Part shown: positions 27,925 to 41,454 of the stretch, piece after piece
How the letters are laid out: every line of letters starts with the position of its first letter
Numbering within the stretch: the stretch's first letter is position 1
NCBI RefSeq assembly: GCF_009834535.1
Contig: NC_045729.1
Coordinates: forward strand, 18,600,001-18,664,000
Length of the DNA: 64,000 bases
Reading direction: 5' to 3'
Source: Camelus ferus
Lineage: Eukaryota
The notes under the pieces: model-generated
What the model was told of the DNA's origin: nothing
The model's input: the letters and a program-made list of their open reading frames with translations, nothing else
The model's database searches: none
Made by a program: the position numbers and the translations under genes

Positions 27925-28135
27925 TTAAAACCGAACATTTGACTTACGTCAGGCACTGTTCTAAGCACTTGGCTTATGTATTAGACTCATTCACTCCCCA
28001 CAATCACCCCACGAGCAAGGTACTATCATTATGCCCATTTTATAGATGGGGAAACCAAGGTGCAGAAAAGCAAACTATCCACAGTCACACATCTCAAGGG
28101 TGGAGGAGCAGAGATTCTAACCCGAGCTCACCAGC
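27925..28135 (-). mobile_element. MIR SINE, near full length
   Basis: caggcactgttctaagcactt...cccattttatagatggggaaaccaaggtgcag...cagtcacacatct. Confidence 0.85.
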
Positions 28136-28222
28136 GTAGCCACCCTGCCCTGCCTCTCAAGCCCACAGTGGGACTAAGGACTCTAAGGCAATGATGACAC
28201 CAGAACAGGTTTCAAAAAGTCA

Positions 28223-28693
<471 letters not shown>

Positions 28694-29266
28694 TCAGGGA
28701 CCTCGGCAGGGTCATGAGGCAGAGCCCAGGAACCGTACAGCCAGGCAGCTGGACCAGAGCTCCCCGCATCAGCACACACAACTCCAGCCCTAAAACGCTG
28801 CCCAAGAAAGATTGCTTTACTATCCAAGGAGAAACTCATGCCCACAGCTGGGAAAGCTCCAGTTTATCAGAAACCAAAAGGATGGGTACAAACACAGCAT
28901 GAGAGATTTAATTTAGACGCAAAGCAGAACTTTCTGCCATGGTGAGAGATCTGTCATTAAACAGGTTATTAAAGGAGGCTTTTTGTGTGTGCACTTTTTT
29001 TGCTTGCTTGTATTTAGGAATAGAAAACATGTTTCTCTAGCCACTAATATTTAGGTGCTTTGGGATAAGGAAGGACTAGATTACCCATTACGACCATCTC
29101 CAAACCAAGGAGAACATGATTAACGTGCGTATGGTGGTGACGCAGGGATCTTCATCCATTCAAGCCATCAGCAAACACTCTAACTAGTCATCAATAAAAC
29201 TGGACTTCTTTAGTGTAATTTCAGTATAATTTTTAAAAATATAACTTGCATACAATAAGAAGCACA

Positions 29267-29349
29267 TGGGTATAGCTCAGTGGTAGAGCGCACGCTCAGT
29301 ATGCATGAGGTCCTGGGTTCAGTCTCCATCAAGAAAAATCAAGAAAAGA
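29267..29349 (+). mobile_element. Vic-1-like tRNA-derived SINE inserted in an old L1
   Basis: gggtatagctcagtggtagagcg...aggtcctgggttcagtctcc followed by an A-rich tail; flanked by aagcaca direct repeats (29260-29266, 29350-29356). Confidence 0.85.
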
Positions 29350-31550
29350 AAGCACAGATTTTAAACACATGGTTAATTATATAAGTTTTGACTAACGTAC
29401 ACCTGTGTAACCAACACCGTACACAACATACAGAATATTTCCGTCATTCCAGAAAGCGTTCCACGCGCACGTGCAGGTAATCCTCACGCCCACTCCCGAC
29501 AAACAACGACCTAATTTCTATCACCAAAGCTCCCATCTGCCATTCCTAGCACTTCATTTACATGGAATCGCACAGTATGTACACTTTCGTGTCTGGCTGC
29601 TTCTACTCAAAGCTTCTTACTTTTAGGTCTCTGATTCATGTCAAACTAATTTTTGTATATGGTGTAAGTTAGGGGGGTGAGTTCACTTTTTCACACAAAT
29701 TGATGGTCCAAGCGCCATTTGCTGGATAGAATAGCGTTTTCCCCATTGAATTAACTTGCCACTTTTGTCAGAAAATCAATTGGCTGTGTGTGGGTGGCCT
29801 CTGTGAACCGTTTCATTCACGTATCGATTCAACTGTCACTTGGCTACTGTAGCTTTATATTAACTTTGAAATAAAGGGCTGCGAGTCCTCCAGCTTAGTT
29901 CTTTTACAAGATTACTTCCGTTTTTCTGGATCCATTGCGTTTCCAACCACATTTTAAAACCAGCTTGTTAATTCATACAGAATAACCTCCTGGAGTTGAT
30001 TGAAATTACACTGAATCTATAGATCAATTTGGGGAGAACTGACATCTTAGTAATATTGAGTCTTTCAGTCGGTGAAACCACTCTCCATTTAGTTAGGTCT
30101 TGTTTAATTTCTCTCTGAAAAATGTTTCATAGATTTCAATATAGAGGTCTTGTATTTCTTTCTTTAGATGTATTCTTAATTATTTGATTTTATGATACTT
30201 CACAGTCCTGGATAGGATATGTTTAAAATTTCATTTTCCAATTGTTTCATGTTAGTGTATACACAGCAATCTTCTATTCTGCGGCCTTGCTCACCTCACA
30301 TATGAATTCTAGTAAGATTTATCTGTAGATTCCTTTATTTTTCTTTGAAAACAATCTTGTCACTTGTAAATGAAGACAACGTATTTCTTTTTTTCCTGTC
30401 TATGTGTTTTTTATTTCTTGTTTCCCCCACCTGCTTTATTGCACTGGCGAGGACTAGCAGCAGCAAAACACAGAATAGATGAGAAGGGAATTGCCACCTT
30501 CCCTTTGCTCCAGGGATATGTAACTGTCACCAGTATGACTTCAGCTGTGAGCCTTCCGTGAACGTCTTATAACAGGTTGAAAAAGGTCTCTTCTGTTTCT
30601 AATTTGCTAAGAGCTTTTATCATGAATTGGTGTTGAATTCTGTCACGTGCTTTTTATACATTTCTTGAAATTGTGCACAGCTCTTCTCTTCTGTTCTGTT
30701 AATGTGTTGAACTCCATAGCCTGGTGTCAAATGTCGGCCCAGCACTCTGTCATGACGTATTATCCTTTATAACAGCGCTTGGTTTCATCTGCAAGTATTT
30801 TGTTGCAGATTTTTCCATCTACATTGATGGGGGACACTGACCTGTGATTTTCTCATACTTCCTCTGGTAATCAAAGTTCTGCCGGGTTCACCACACAGAT
30901 TAGGACGTGTTTGCTCCTTGTGTATCTTCTGAAAAAGTTTGCATGAAGTTGGATTTTTTTTTTTTTTAAGTTTAGTAAAATTCACCAATAAAACCATCCG
31001 GGTCTGGAGTTCTTTTTGTGGGAAAAATTTTAAGTACCAATTTAATTTATTTACTAGACGGCTCTTTTAGGTTTTCTATGTATACTTACATCAGCCTTGA
31101 CATACTTTGCGAAGGGATTTATTCACTTCAGTTGAAATGTCAAATATACGGGTGTTGACATTGTCATAATATCCTCTAGTCACCTGTGGCGTGTCTCTAT
31201 GATCTGTAATAACGTCCTCGCCTTCATTTATGATATTATAATTTGTGTTTTCTCTGTTTTCTTTCTTGATCAATTTAGCTAAATGTTTTCAACTTAATTA
31301 CTGTTCAAACAACAACTTTCGGCTCAGTGGGTTCCTCTAACGTCTGATTGCTACTTCATTGACTTCTGGTCTCCCCTTTACTACTTCCTTCCTTAAACTT
31401 AGGCTGTGTTTGCTCTTCTGTCTCTAGCTGTGTAAGCTGGGAGCTCTGGTCACTGGTTTTGTACCTTCCTTTTTGTCTCATGGAAGCTTACAGCTGTACA
31501 TTGCCCTCCGAAGGCTGTTTAAACTACACTCCACAAATGCCCACGCGTTG

Positions 31551-31900
31551 TGTGTCTTAGTTCAGGCTGCTGTAACAAATCACTGTAGCCTGGATGACTT
31601 ACACAACAAACATTTATTTCTGACAGGCTGGATGCTGCGAAGTCCAAGGTCAAGGTGCCAGCAGACCCGGTGTCCGGTGAGGACCTGCGGCCTGGTCTGC
31701 ATGTGGCCGTCTTCTCCTTGTATTCTTGCTGGAGAGCAGGCGTGGAAGCAAGGCCTCTCGTAACAGGCATTAATCCCATTCACGAGGCTCCACCCTCATG
31801 AGCTAAGTCCCTCCCTGAAGCCTCAGCTTCGACACCGTCACACGGGGAGCTGGGGTTTCAACACACGAGTCTCGGGGGCAGCAGATACTAAGTCCACAGC
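31551..31900 (+). mobile_element. Solo MLT1 (ERVL-MaLR) LTR, MLT1A-like
   Basis: Starts tgtcttagttcaggctgctgtaacaaa, contains aagtccaaggtcaaggtgccagcag, ends agtccacagc; about 350 bp; L1 sequence continues on both sides. Confidence 0.85.
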
Positions 31901-32390
31901 GTTTTGCTTTCACTGTCATGCAGTTTGGAATATTTTCTAATCTCTCTTGTGATTTCTCCTCTGACCTTGTTCTCAGTGCTGCTTAATTTCCAAATATTTG
32001 GAAATTTTTCTAGGTAAGTTACTGTTTTTTGGTTTCTAAATCCATTCGACTGATGACAAAAAAAAAAAAGTCCCCTGTGTGATTTTCCTCTTTTGAAACT
32101 TACTGAGATTCATTTTCGGCCCCGCATACGATCCGTCTCAGTGAGCGTTTCAATGTGCACTTGAGAAGAACGCGCAGTCTGCTCTCTGGGGAGCCAGTGT
32201 CCTGTAAACGCCTACTAGGTTGGGTTGCTTGTGTTGTTCAGGCTTTCTACATGCTTGCTGACTTGTTTGGGTATCTGTTCTATCAATTACCGAGAGAGAA
32301 ACAGTAAGGAACCCCTGGCCGGGGGAGTTGCATTTTTCTCCCTCTGGTTCTGTGGATGCTGCTTCCTGTTTGTGAAGCTCTGTGCACACA

Positions 32391-33008
32391 TGTGCGATGG
32401 CTTTGTAACATGGCCCCTCACCAGGCGGAGACACACCTTCCAGACTTCTCTTTCTCCTACGCTTCCAGTTAGGGTGGGTCACAAGGGAGTCAGGAGATTC
32501 AAAAGTCACGACGGAAGCAGGAACCGTTCTGTAGTGCACATCTGTCACCACTGACGCATGGATTCACCTCGCTGGCATGACGCAGCCGCTGGACCTGCAA
32601 TTCCTCCACCTTTGCCCTCAGCTTCTCAGACTCCTGAGCCAGGGGTGTGTGTGTGTGTGTGTGCACGTGCGTGCGTGTTTGTTTAACTCCAAGGTGAGAC
32701 ACTCCAGCCTCTGTAGGATACGCTCGCCACCAAGGTCAAAGGCAACAGAATGGACATGTTTCAGCCTGTCCTCACAGGGTCAAGCTCGTGCTTAGGGGTT
32801 CCAGCTACTCCTGATCGCCCCTTGTTTTGCATTCATAGTCCTTTCCTGATTACCTGTGCTGCCCTTCAAGCTCCAGTATCAGACACGGGGACAACAGCCG
32901 TACACAATGGTATAAGCCAATGCCCTGCAATCCTGCAATGAATTTTATATATATTATGTATCTATCTCCTACTGAATCTGCTTCCATGGTTGAGCCCCGA
33001 CTGGTACA
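32391..33008 (+). mobile_element. MLT2-family (ERV-L) 5' LTR, MLT2E/F-like
   Basis: Starts tgtgcgatggc..., contains ccagttagggtgggtcacaag and an internal (GT)n, ends ...ccccgactggtaca, directly followed by a primer-binding site. Subfamily from memory. Confidence 0.7.
32643..32676 (+). repeat. (GT)n/(GCGT)n simple repeat inside the MLT2 LTR
   Basis: gggtgtgtgtgtgtgtgtgtgcacgtgcgtgcgtgt. Confidence 0.9.
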
Positions 33009-34320
33009 AAATTTGGTACCAAGAATAGCTCCTGAGGAACATAATCTAAGGATGGATCCTCTGAATTGGTTCTGAGTTTTCTGGAATTAGGTCTCTGCTC
33101 TGATTAGAGTGAAAGGCACTAATGACCCTGTTGCCGCTGGTGAAGAGGGCGCTGCTGCTCAGCAGCATGAAACAGCAGAAGAGTTGCTCGAGTCTGAGCT
33201 TCAGACACCTGGGATGAAGTACCTACTGAAGCCGAGACTCCAGGTAACCAAGTATTTGCTACCTTAGAGCACTTCAGTCAAAATCAGGAATATAATGGGT
33301 GGGCTGGCTGGCTGGCTGATGCTAATCATGCTAGAAAACTTAGAGAAAGCAAATGATGAGCTCAGGGATTTAAACTCCCAGCTCAAGGTCTTCCTATAGC
33401 ACCTGAAAGATCCTATGACTTTTGAGGAGGAAAAGAAATGGAAAAAAAAAAAAAAAAGCAGAAGAAGAAGGAGGAAAAGAAAGGGAAAAAATCTTATTTT
33501 CTTGCAAGGCCAAGATTTCCAGAAACCAAATCCAAAGTCAAATCCTGCCTGAATTACAACACAAGTTGAATTCCCATCCTTGCAGGACCCCTTTTGTTAA
33601 AGTTGAGTCATCTATTGGGAGAGAATAGGGTCCTGAAAATTGGAATGGGGACATATGGGCAGATTCTGATGAAGCTGGGGCCTCAAGTCCCTAAATCACA
33701 GAGCCTTCTTTGCCAGCAGAAGCACCTTCTGCCCCCGCCCAAGAAAGTTAGCTTTCCTCTTCCTGAAGCATCACACTGGGGTCCTGTGAGGTAGGTAGTT
33801 GCCTGCGAGGCACCACTAACGCTTCCCAGGTCCTGCCCCCATGAGCCCTACAGCTAGATCTGACTCCGAGCAGATCCCAAGACCGAAGCTACCACGAGTG
33901 CGTCGTGAGCAGGTGTGACACACGCCAAAGCAACTGCGCGGTGTTTCCAACGTCCAGAGACTCAACTCTGGGGAACAGGAGTCAGGGCGAGGGCTCAAGA
34001 TGGCAGGAACACAAAGTCGGGCTGGGCCAGGCGCCCTGACACAGGCTCCCTGAGCACAGATTGTGGGTTCACTGGTCCACCTCCGGTTGGTGCGGGTGAT
34101 TGGACCCACAGTCAGTCTGCACTCGATGAGGTGGAAATGCCGGAACTTCCTTGGCGTGCTGAAGAGGAAGGTCCCCAAAGGCGTAAGGAGGTCGGAATGT
34201 CGAAGCGCACTCGTTACGCGAGACCCGCGCACCAGCACCAGAGAACAGCCCTGTCCCAAGGCTGTGAGAGAGAAGTGCGCGAGGAAAGAACTCGGGGGTG
34301 CTTGCCTCCACCGGTCAGAG
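33009..34320 (+). mobile_element. ERV-L internal remnant (PBS, leader and decayed gag); no 3' LTR seen
   Basis: TGGTACCA PBS core at 33014-33021 (tRNA-Leu type). HERV-L-like segments aaatgatgagctcagggatttaaactcccagct and ttggaatggggacatatggg. ORF 33915-34325 contains DEVEMPELPW...EEGPQRRKEVGM, resembling ERV-L Gag. Confidence 0.8.
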
Positions 34321-37300
34321 CTTAGCAGAGGGAACGGCTGCCTTCAGGTGGCATGGCAGCAGCTCATACGCACCACAGGACTCCCACAACAGTGTGTTTC
34401 CCTTCCTCCCTTCCTGGCCTTCGTGGCCCTGCTGCCACACATTTCAGTCCCACCTGCGTTATAAATCCTGCAAGACACTGTCACTATTTTTTAAACAGTC
34501 AATGATTGTTTAAAGAGATTTAAATAACGGGGCAAAGTCTCTCACGCTTACGCATGGAGTCAGCTTTTCCAGATCAATTCATTCTTGACATGGGTCTAGG
34601 TTCCAACAGTTATCATCTTCCTTCCGCCCAGAGAATGTCCTTGGACACGTCCTATAGTACTGGACACTGGCTCTGAACTGGCACTAACCCAGGAGACCCA
34701 CATTTTCGTTCAATTTGCCTGTCTGGCCCGTGCAGAGGATCGACGGACCTTGAAGGATGACGGCTGATTGCCATGAATATAGTCAGCTGGTGGCTCCAGT
34801 GCAGGTGACTGTTTCAGAGGCGGCTTCACTGTTTGAGCAAATTAATTCAGAGGGTTGCTGGGCTTTTTTTTTTCTTCCTAGTCAGTTTTAGACACGATCC
34901 CTCTATATTCAAACATTTTGTTCTGTCCCGTTGCTTCTCTCGTCCTCCGGAACGCCATGCTCACAAGCTTTACCATTAGCTTCTGTCCCACAAGTCACTG
35001 AGGCTCTGTCCACCTGTGCAGAGTTTTTCTCTCTACTCTTCAGTCTCAGTGGTTTCTGTTTCTCTGTCTCCGTACCCATAGGTATTCTCTCCTATGTGTC
35101 CTGGCTGTTACTCATGCCACCCAGTGAGTGCTTGGTTTAGACATTGTGTTTTTCAGCTGTAGGAGTTCAGCTTCACCCATTATTTCCATCTCCTCCTGGA
35201 AATATTTACCAATTATAATTATTACAATGATTTAAAAATCTTAATTCAATGATTTCTACCACTGGGTTGTCTGCAGACCTGCTTCTACTGACGGACTTTT
35301 CTCTTGACTGTGGACCAGAGTCTCCCATTTCTTCCCATGTCCTGTCATTTTCATTTTCCATGGGTGGTGTCTGAGGAACCGCAGTCGCTGAAGTTAGTTT
35401 GTTGTTGCTCATCCGAGAGGGACTGTGCCTTCTTTTGCTAGGCCGCTCAGGGATGGGCTGGCCGGTGTAACGCAATCGGGAGTGGAGTGCGTTTAGGATG
35501 GAGCTGTGATTTTAACTCCTCCAACAGGACCTTGGATTTCAACCACAGGGGCCAAAGGAATTTCTGTTTGCTTTTCAGTCCAACCAGGACGTATGCTGCC
35601 CCAGGGCTCGTATCTTGGGTCCCGTTAGAAGCTGAATAAGGTGAGGGTTTGGTTAGACTGAGTTCACTTCTGACTCTAAACGCTTCGCAAGGGAGCTCAG
35701 GCTTCTCCCTGCAGGATCTCTCTGGGACCAAACACTACAAGACTGCTCGACATCAAAAGGACAAGGCCTCAAAACTGTGAGACCACAAGACAGTGCGATG
35801 GTATCCCCAGAGCCAGGCACGGGGTGGGGTGTGTCATCGGTGCCCTACAAACGGGGAGCCAGAACTCCCGCAGTCAAACCATAGCTCCGACCCAGACCGT
35901 CATTCAGCCTTCCACGTCTCAGTGGCCTCATCTGGAGACTGGGTAACAGGATCACCTACTTCACCGACTTGTTGTGATGATTAAATACATGAAGCGTTAG
36001 GAAGGTGTTAGCTCTGGCTCCTCGTGAAAACTGCGACCCTTTTCATCCATGTGAGGAAACTGTTGAGGGTGAGCAGGGAATGGAGGCAAAGTAACAACAA
36101 AGGTTCAGAAACCTCTTGCTTATACCCATAGTTAAAAGTCCACCTGCCTTTCCTGATGGAATTGGACTGGCCCAGTACCTCTGCAAATCCTACTGTTGCT
36201 ATGGGGACCCTCCAAGTGCCCCCCTTCAATTCACTGTCTTTTGTCATCTCTGCCCCTTCTTCCCATCCTTAAGGCTCCAGACCACAGGAGTTTGGTCCAA
36301 AGGCACAAGTTCTGGGGGGAGAGAAGTTGTGACTTAGCAAGGCTTTCCCTACTCGGCCTGTTGAGGAAAAGGCTGTCTCCCCGAGCTTCTGCCCCCCTGC
36401 TTTAATCACCCCTGGGAGAGAACAGCCCAGAGACGTCTCCGGACGTTTCATTCAGGAGCCTGCCGCTCTTCCGTGAAAGCACTTCCCACCCCGGCTGTGG
36501 GGGGCGTCACCTCCCAGCCACGGACCACACGGCAGCACGCTGACCAATCGCTGGGAAAGGAGGCCCTGGAGAATCTGTTTCAAAAGAACCTGCAGCAAGA
36601 TTGTCAAAGGAGGAGAGCTGGCTGGGAGTGGGCTCAGTGCCCAGGGCTGGGGGCTGAGAACACGGCCCCGTTGGGGTTGACCCTTCCGACAGTGGAGGCC
36701 CCCCTCCCAGGGCTGACTGTCAAAGATGCTGAGAATTCAGAACTGGGATCTCGGAGGCCAGGAGCCCGGCCCCTTCCCTCTGTTCACAAGGACATATCTG
36801 TCACTACTGCTTCTGGTCAGGAGTTCACCCTTCTCAGGGAAGCCCTGGGATGGAATGCATAGTCCTCCTCCCCCGGCCCTCATCCTCCGGAGGCTGAGCA
36901 CGGAGTCATCTCTGGATGGGGCCACGCAAGAACAGAAGTGTCTGGCATCACCTCCTGTTGTGCCCTCCAGCCCCCAACAGTGCCCCCTGCCACACACACC
37001 CTCGGCACTTCTCCTTTGTATTTACAGACTAATCAAACCCAATCCATCCCGCACCGTGTCTCCTAAACACTCACTGCTCGCGATTAGTCAGCGAGCTGGC
37101 GGTGCCGCCGGCCGCCCGTGTGAGCGTCTTGTTAATGATGGAAGAAGGCTGCCAAACAGCCAGCACTGCTCTGGATGGGATGGTGAGATGTGGGTCTTGT
37201 CCAGACCAAGGAGGCAAAGGCCGTCTGGCGTGGAGAGGAGATGCCTGACATTTAATCATGAGAGAGAAACAGGCCCTCCTGGCAAAGAGCAACAGTAGGA

Positions 37301-39588
37301 GTCCCCCCACTTGTCCCCCCTCACCCCAGATGACCTCGGAGACCCGGCAGGCTGGAGGAAAACCTCAGACTACTAGCCGCCCCTGCGTTACACACCTAGG
37401 CTTCTCCCCAGAAGCCAGGGTCTAGAGACGGTCCTCGGTGGCAGCAGCAGGAAGGATTTAAGCCAGGTAATCAGAAGTACTTCCCAGTGTGAAGGGCTGG
37501 TAAAACCATTCGAGGACAGGTTACTAAGGAAAGCAATGTTCTGTAGGACCTGCAGATCCTTTACTCCAAGTTCATCAGCGCAGTCAGCACCATGTTTGTG
37601 TCTGTTTGTGAAGAGGTTCGATCTTTCCATCAACACATGACGTGGAGGGAACCTGGTGCTATATATAGTATGTGTACTTGGTGACCCGGGAGGTCTTCTC
37701 CCAGTGGATGCCCGGCCGTGGAGGGGACCAGGCAGCCCCTGAGTGATGAGAGCAGCCACTGTGTCAATAAACCTGTACAAACCGAGTGCCGAGTGCCTGG
37801 GTCAGAGGCCAGGGAACCACGTCCAGAAGGAACCACAGAGATATAACGGCGCCAGAGAGCACATCTTTGTGCCAGAGTGTGCCCGCGGGAGGGGTCGGAG
37901 AGGGACCGGGAGGAGGCCCCGCGGGGAGTGGAGACTGAAGACTGGGGCGGGGAGACCTCAGCTGGCCCCGAACCAGGGGTTTCAGGCAAGCCCCAGGGGG
38001 GCATTTTGGGACCCCTGGAATTGCTGTCTCCTCCCAGGAACCTGCCCTGAGACAAGTGCCCAGAGCCACAGGGCTGTTAGAAATTGTCACATGGAAGACG
38101 TGACCTTTAATCAGAGGCAGGGTCTTCAGAAGGGAAGCGCTCGAAGGCCTCCTTCCGGCCTCCCAGAGCCTCTAACAGGCCTAGGACGGGGCTCCGTGCA
38201 CCATCCCAACCCTACCCCACTGGGGACGTCCAGGAGCTGCAGGCTCACCTGCCCAAGGTCCCCCGGGGCCAGACCTCAGAAATAAGCACAGGGCCCAGCC
38301 CCCACCCTGCAGGCTCCAGGCCTAACGCTCTTCTGCAGAGACCGGTCTTTAGGGAACGAGACCCCTCCCCTCTCCGCCTCCGTGGGAAATTGCAAAGGCA
38401 CCAGCAGGAACAAAGCCGAAGTTTCCAGAAAGGAAGAAAGGCCTGTTCAAAAGGCCACACGGCCTGGAGGTTAGGAATGCGGGCTCCCAGGCCCACAACG
38501 TGGAGGTTGCACGTCTGGCTCTGCTATTATCAGCCCGTGACCTTGTAAGCAAAGGAATCTGGCAGGATGAATCTGTGTAACGGGGACGAATAACTATGCT
38601 GACCTCACGGGCTGACCTGAGGAATAAATGAATCAATGACAGAAAATGCTGGAAACAACACAGCGTGGAGGAGGCTCTCAAAAAAAAAAAAAAGCTGCCT
38701 ATTACTTATTAAACACCCTTCTGTCAACAGCAGAATCACTGTTTCGTTACAGGAAGGGCTTACAGAAGCATCTAATTGGAAGGGGAGCTTAGAGACTTAC
38801 TTTGAAAATGCATTTGCATAGCAAGCAAGTCTTTGTTCCTTTTTCACTATTTCTTCATACTGTAAGGGAACAATAGAAATGCTTTCTTCATAGAGTTCTT
38901 GAGGGATTCAATGAAATGACACGGATAATGTGCTTAGAAGAGCAGCCGGCCCTGAGTAAGCTCGCGGCTAAGGTCGGTAGTTTATTTGGGGTGGGAAAGT
39001 GCTGGACAGGTTTGGGGAGGGAGGGGGAAGTTCTGCCCTGCCCCCAGCTGCAGCCAGGAAGCCTCTTGTTAGGAAGCTGCGCTCTGCTCTGCAGCCAGCA
39101 TCAATCTTCCCTGCTGCGGAATAAGACAGCATTTAGACATGAGAATTTCCTGAGAATCAATCAGGATGTCAGGCAGGACCAGGTTCCCAAGGAAGCCTGT
39201 GGATTCTTCCCTGGAGGCACTCATGGGTCCAGGACGACCCTACAGACTCATGCCTGCCCAAAGACTGAACATCAAGATGCCAGAAGGTTTTCTGGGCCAC
39301 AAGACCCTAGCTTCAAACACCGAGCTCCTGTAACAAGGACCAAGGACGTCCAGTCCTCCTGGCTCCCCGAGGCCCAGAGTCAGGAAGGGGTCGGAGGGCT
39401 GGACCATAAAACAAGGACGCTGGAAACATCCCTTGCTCTCCAGCTGAGAGACACCTCGACACACACATTCACCTGCTCACCAGCTCTAGGCCTGGCCTGA
39501 CCCCTGCTGGGGGGCCCAGGGGATGGAGACAGGGCCAGGGGCCTCGAGCCAAGGGGGGAACTCACTTAACGACAGTGGAGACACCTCA

Positions 39589-39847
<259 letters not shown>

Positions 39848-40019
39848 CTGCGGGGGCGAGAAGGGGGCCTGGTGAGAACTGCAGACCCGAGGTCCTGCCT
39901 CTGACACCCCATCCACCCCCACCTCCTCGAGCCAGGCTCCAATCAACCACGGCAGCCGCGGCTCAGTGGGGGCGGTGCCCCCAAGCCTTCTGGCCGTCAC
40001 CCCAATGGCTGTGCCATGA

Positions 40020-40420
40020 GAGATGGTGGCGTGTGACTCAGGAGCCAAACCAACCTGAATTTAACCCAGTTCCACCTCCTAGGTGTGGGTGGCCTCGGCC
40101 GATCTGGGCCTCACTTTGCATATCTGTTAAATGGGGACAATACTGCCTTCCTTTAGAGGCACATCTAAGCACTCAGTCCAGGGGAAGATGCCCTGACATT
40201 ACACAGCATCACATAGCAGAGCAGCTGGAGTGTGGATTCCAGAGCCCTCACCTCGAAACGTGAATCCCAGCCCTGCCACTCAACCTGGGACAAGGTTAGT
40301 CACCTCTTGGTGCTCACCTCCCCAGCTCTAAAATGGGAATAAAATGGTCCCCATCTCCTAGAGGCTTGGACAAGCTGGAGTCTGTAACGCAATTAGAAAA
40401 GGGCGCAGCACACAGCGGGT
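40020..40420 (+). mobile_element. Two adjacent MIR fragments upstream of exon 2
   Basis: gtgggtggcctcggcc...catatctgttaaatggggacaat and gaatcccagccctgccact...ctgggacaaggttagtcacctct...taaaatgggaat. Confidence 0.7.
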
Positions 40421-41454
40421 GTGTGTTAACCTAAAATGAGTGGTACCTGCGTTCTTAGGAAGAGCAGGACCCCCCCCCCAGCCTCCCGAGGCTTCTCTCC
40501 ACCCCACGGGCAGCACTTGGGCCCCCCCAAAGGCAGGGCTCTCGAGTTCTGGCTTGTCACACCTGTGTCTTGCCCCCCGTGGTTTCTGGTTCACAGTTTT
40601 ACTCTGAACTTCGGCAGACATTTCCTCTGAACTGTGAATGCGCTGGCCTCCTGGCAATGCCCTCCCAGATACTGCCCTTCTTGGGTCCCCAACTCTGCCA
40701 GCCAGCCCTGCTCCACACACCACCCGCTGCCCGGCACTGACCGGCCCCCGGTCCACGGGCGGAGGGGACGGCGGAGGGCGAGACGCAAGCTCAGAGGTTC
40801 GGGCTTCGCTGTGGAAGCACAGCTCTGTCCGGAGAAGTCAGTCCTGGCCGTGAAGTGCGGGGAACGCAGACATGCTCGGCGCAGCGAAGGCCTCCCAGGG
40901 GGCAGAATTCTCACATCTAATTTAAGTGACGAGTTAATGTGTGTAAAGAGTTTAGAACACTTGCTGGCATATAGTGTGCGCTCTGTTATCACTATTACTG
41001 TCGCTGGCAGTTCTGTTCAGAGTACGTTAACCTGTCCCTACTCCACGCCTCAGTTTTCCCATCTGTGAGCTGGGCCAACACAGACTTACTAGCTGCGTTC
41101 CAGCAAGCGAAACAGGGAGGTTCCAGGGCAGAGCAAGATCAAGACATCCGAGTGAGTCCATCCCCTCCACCGTGCTGTGGGCACAGCCCCAAGCGGCCCT
41201 GAGTCCCAGCTGGAGAGGCGGGAGGGTGATGGTCCCATTTTCCCGGTGTATCTAGGCTACCGCCTCTGGGAAATAAGCAGACTTCCCAGTTTAGCAACAT
41301 CAGATTTCAGGTCGGCGCGATCCCGGGCTGCCTGGCAGCAGAAGCAACCCGGCTGCCTCATCAGAATGCAGCAGGTGTGCCCACCCCCCGCTTGGGATGT
41401 TGGTCACGGTCTCTGGGAGGCTAAAAATAGACCGTGTCCATTGCACGCTCCTGA

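Larger units (their letters stand above)
29200..35750 (-). mobile_element. Old, fragmented L1M element (3'UTR, ORF2, spacer, ORF1 and 5' region) interrupted by three younger insertions
   Basis: T-rich antisense L1 sequence (e.g. ctaatttttgtatatggtgtaag, tctatagatcaatttggggagaactgacatctt). Spacer at ~34325-34530 aligns by eye with the reverse complement of ~51680-51900. Boundaries approximate. Confidence 0.85.

Noticed and set aside
29267-29340. Possible tRNA gene
   Set aside because: A and B boxes are present, but the acceptor stem does not pair. An A-rich tail and target-site duplication mark it as a SINE.
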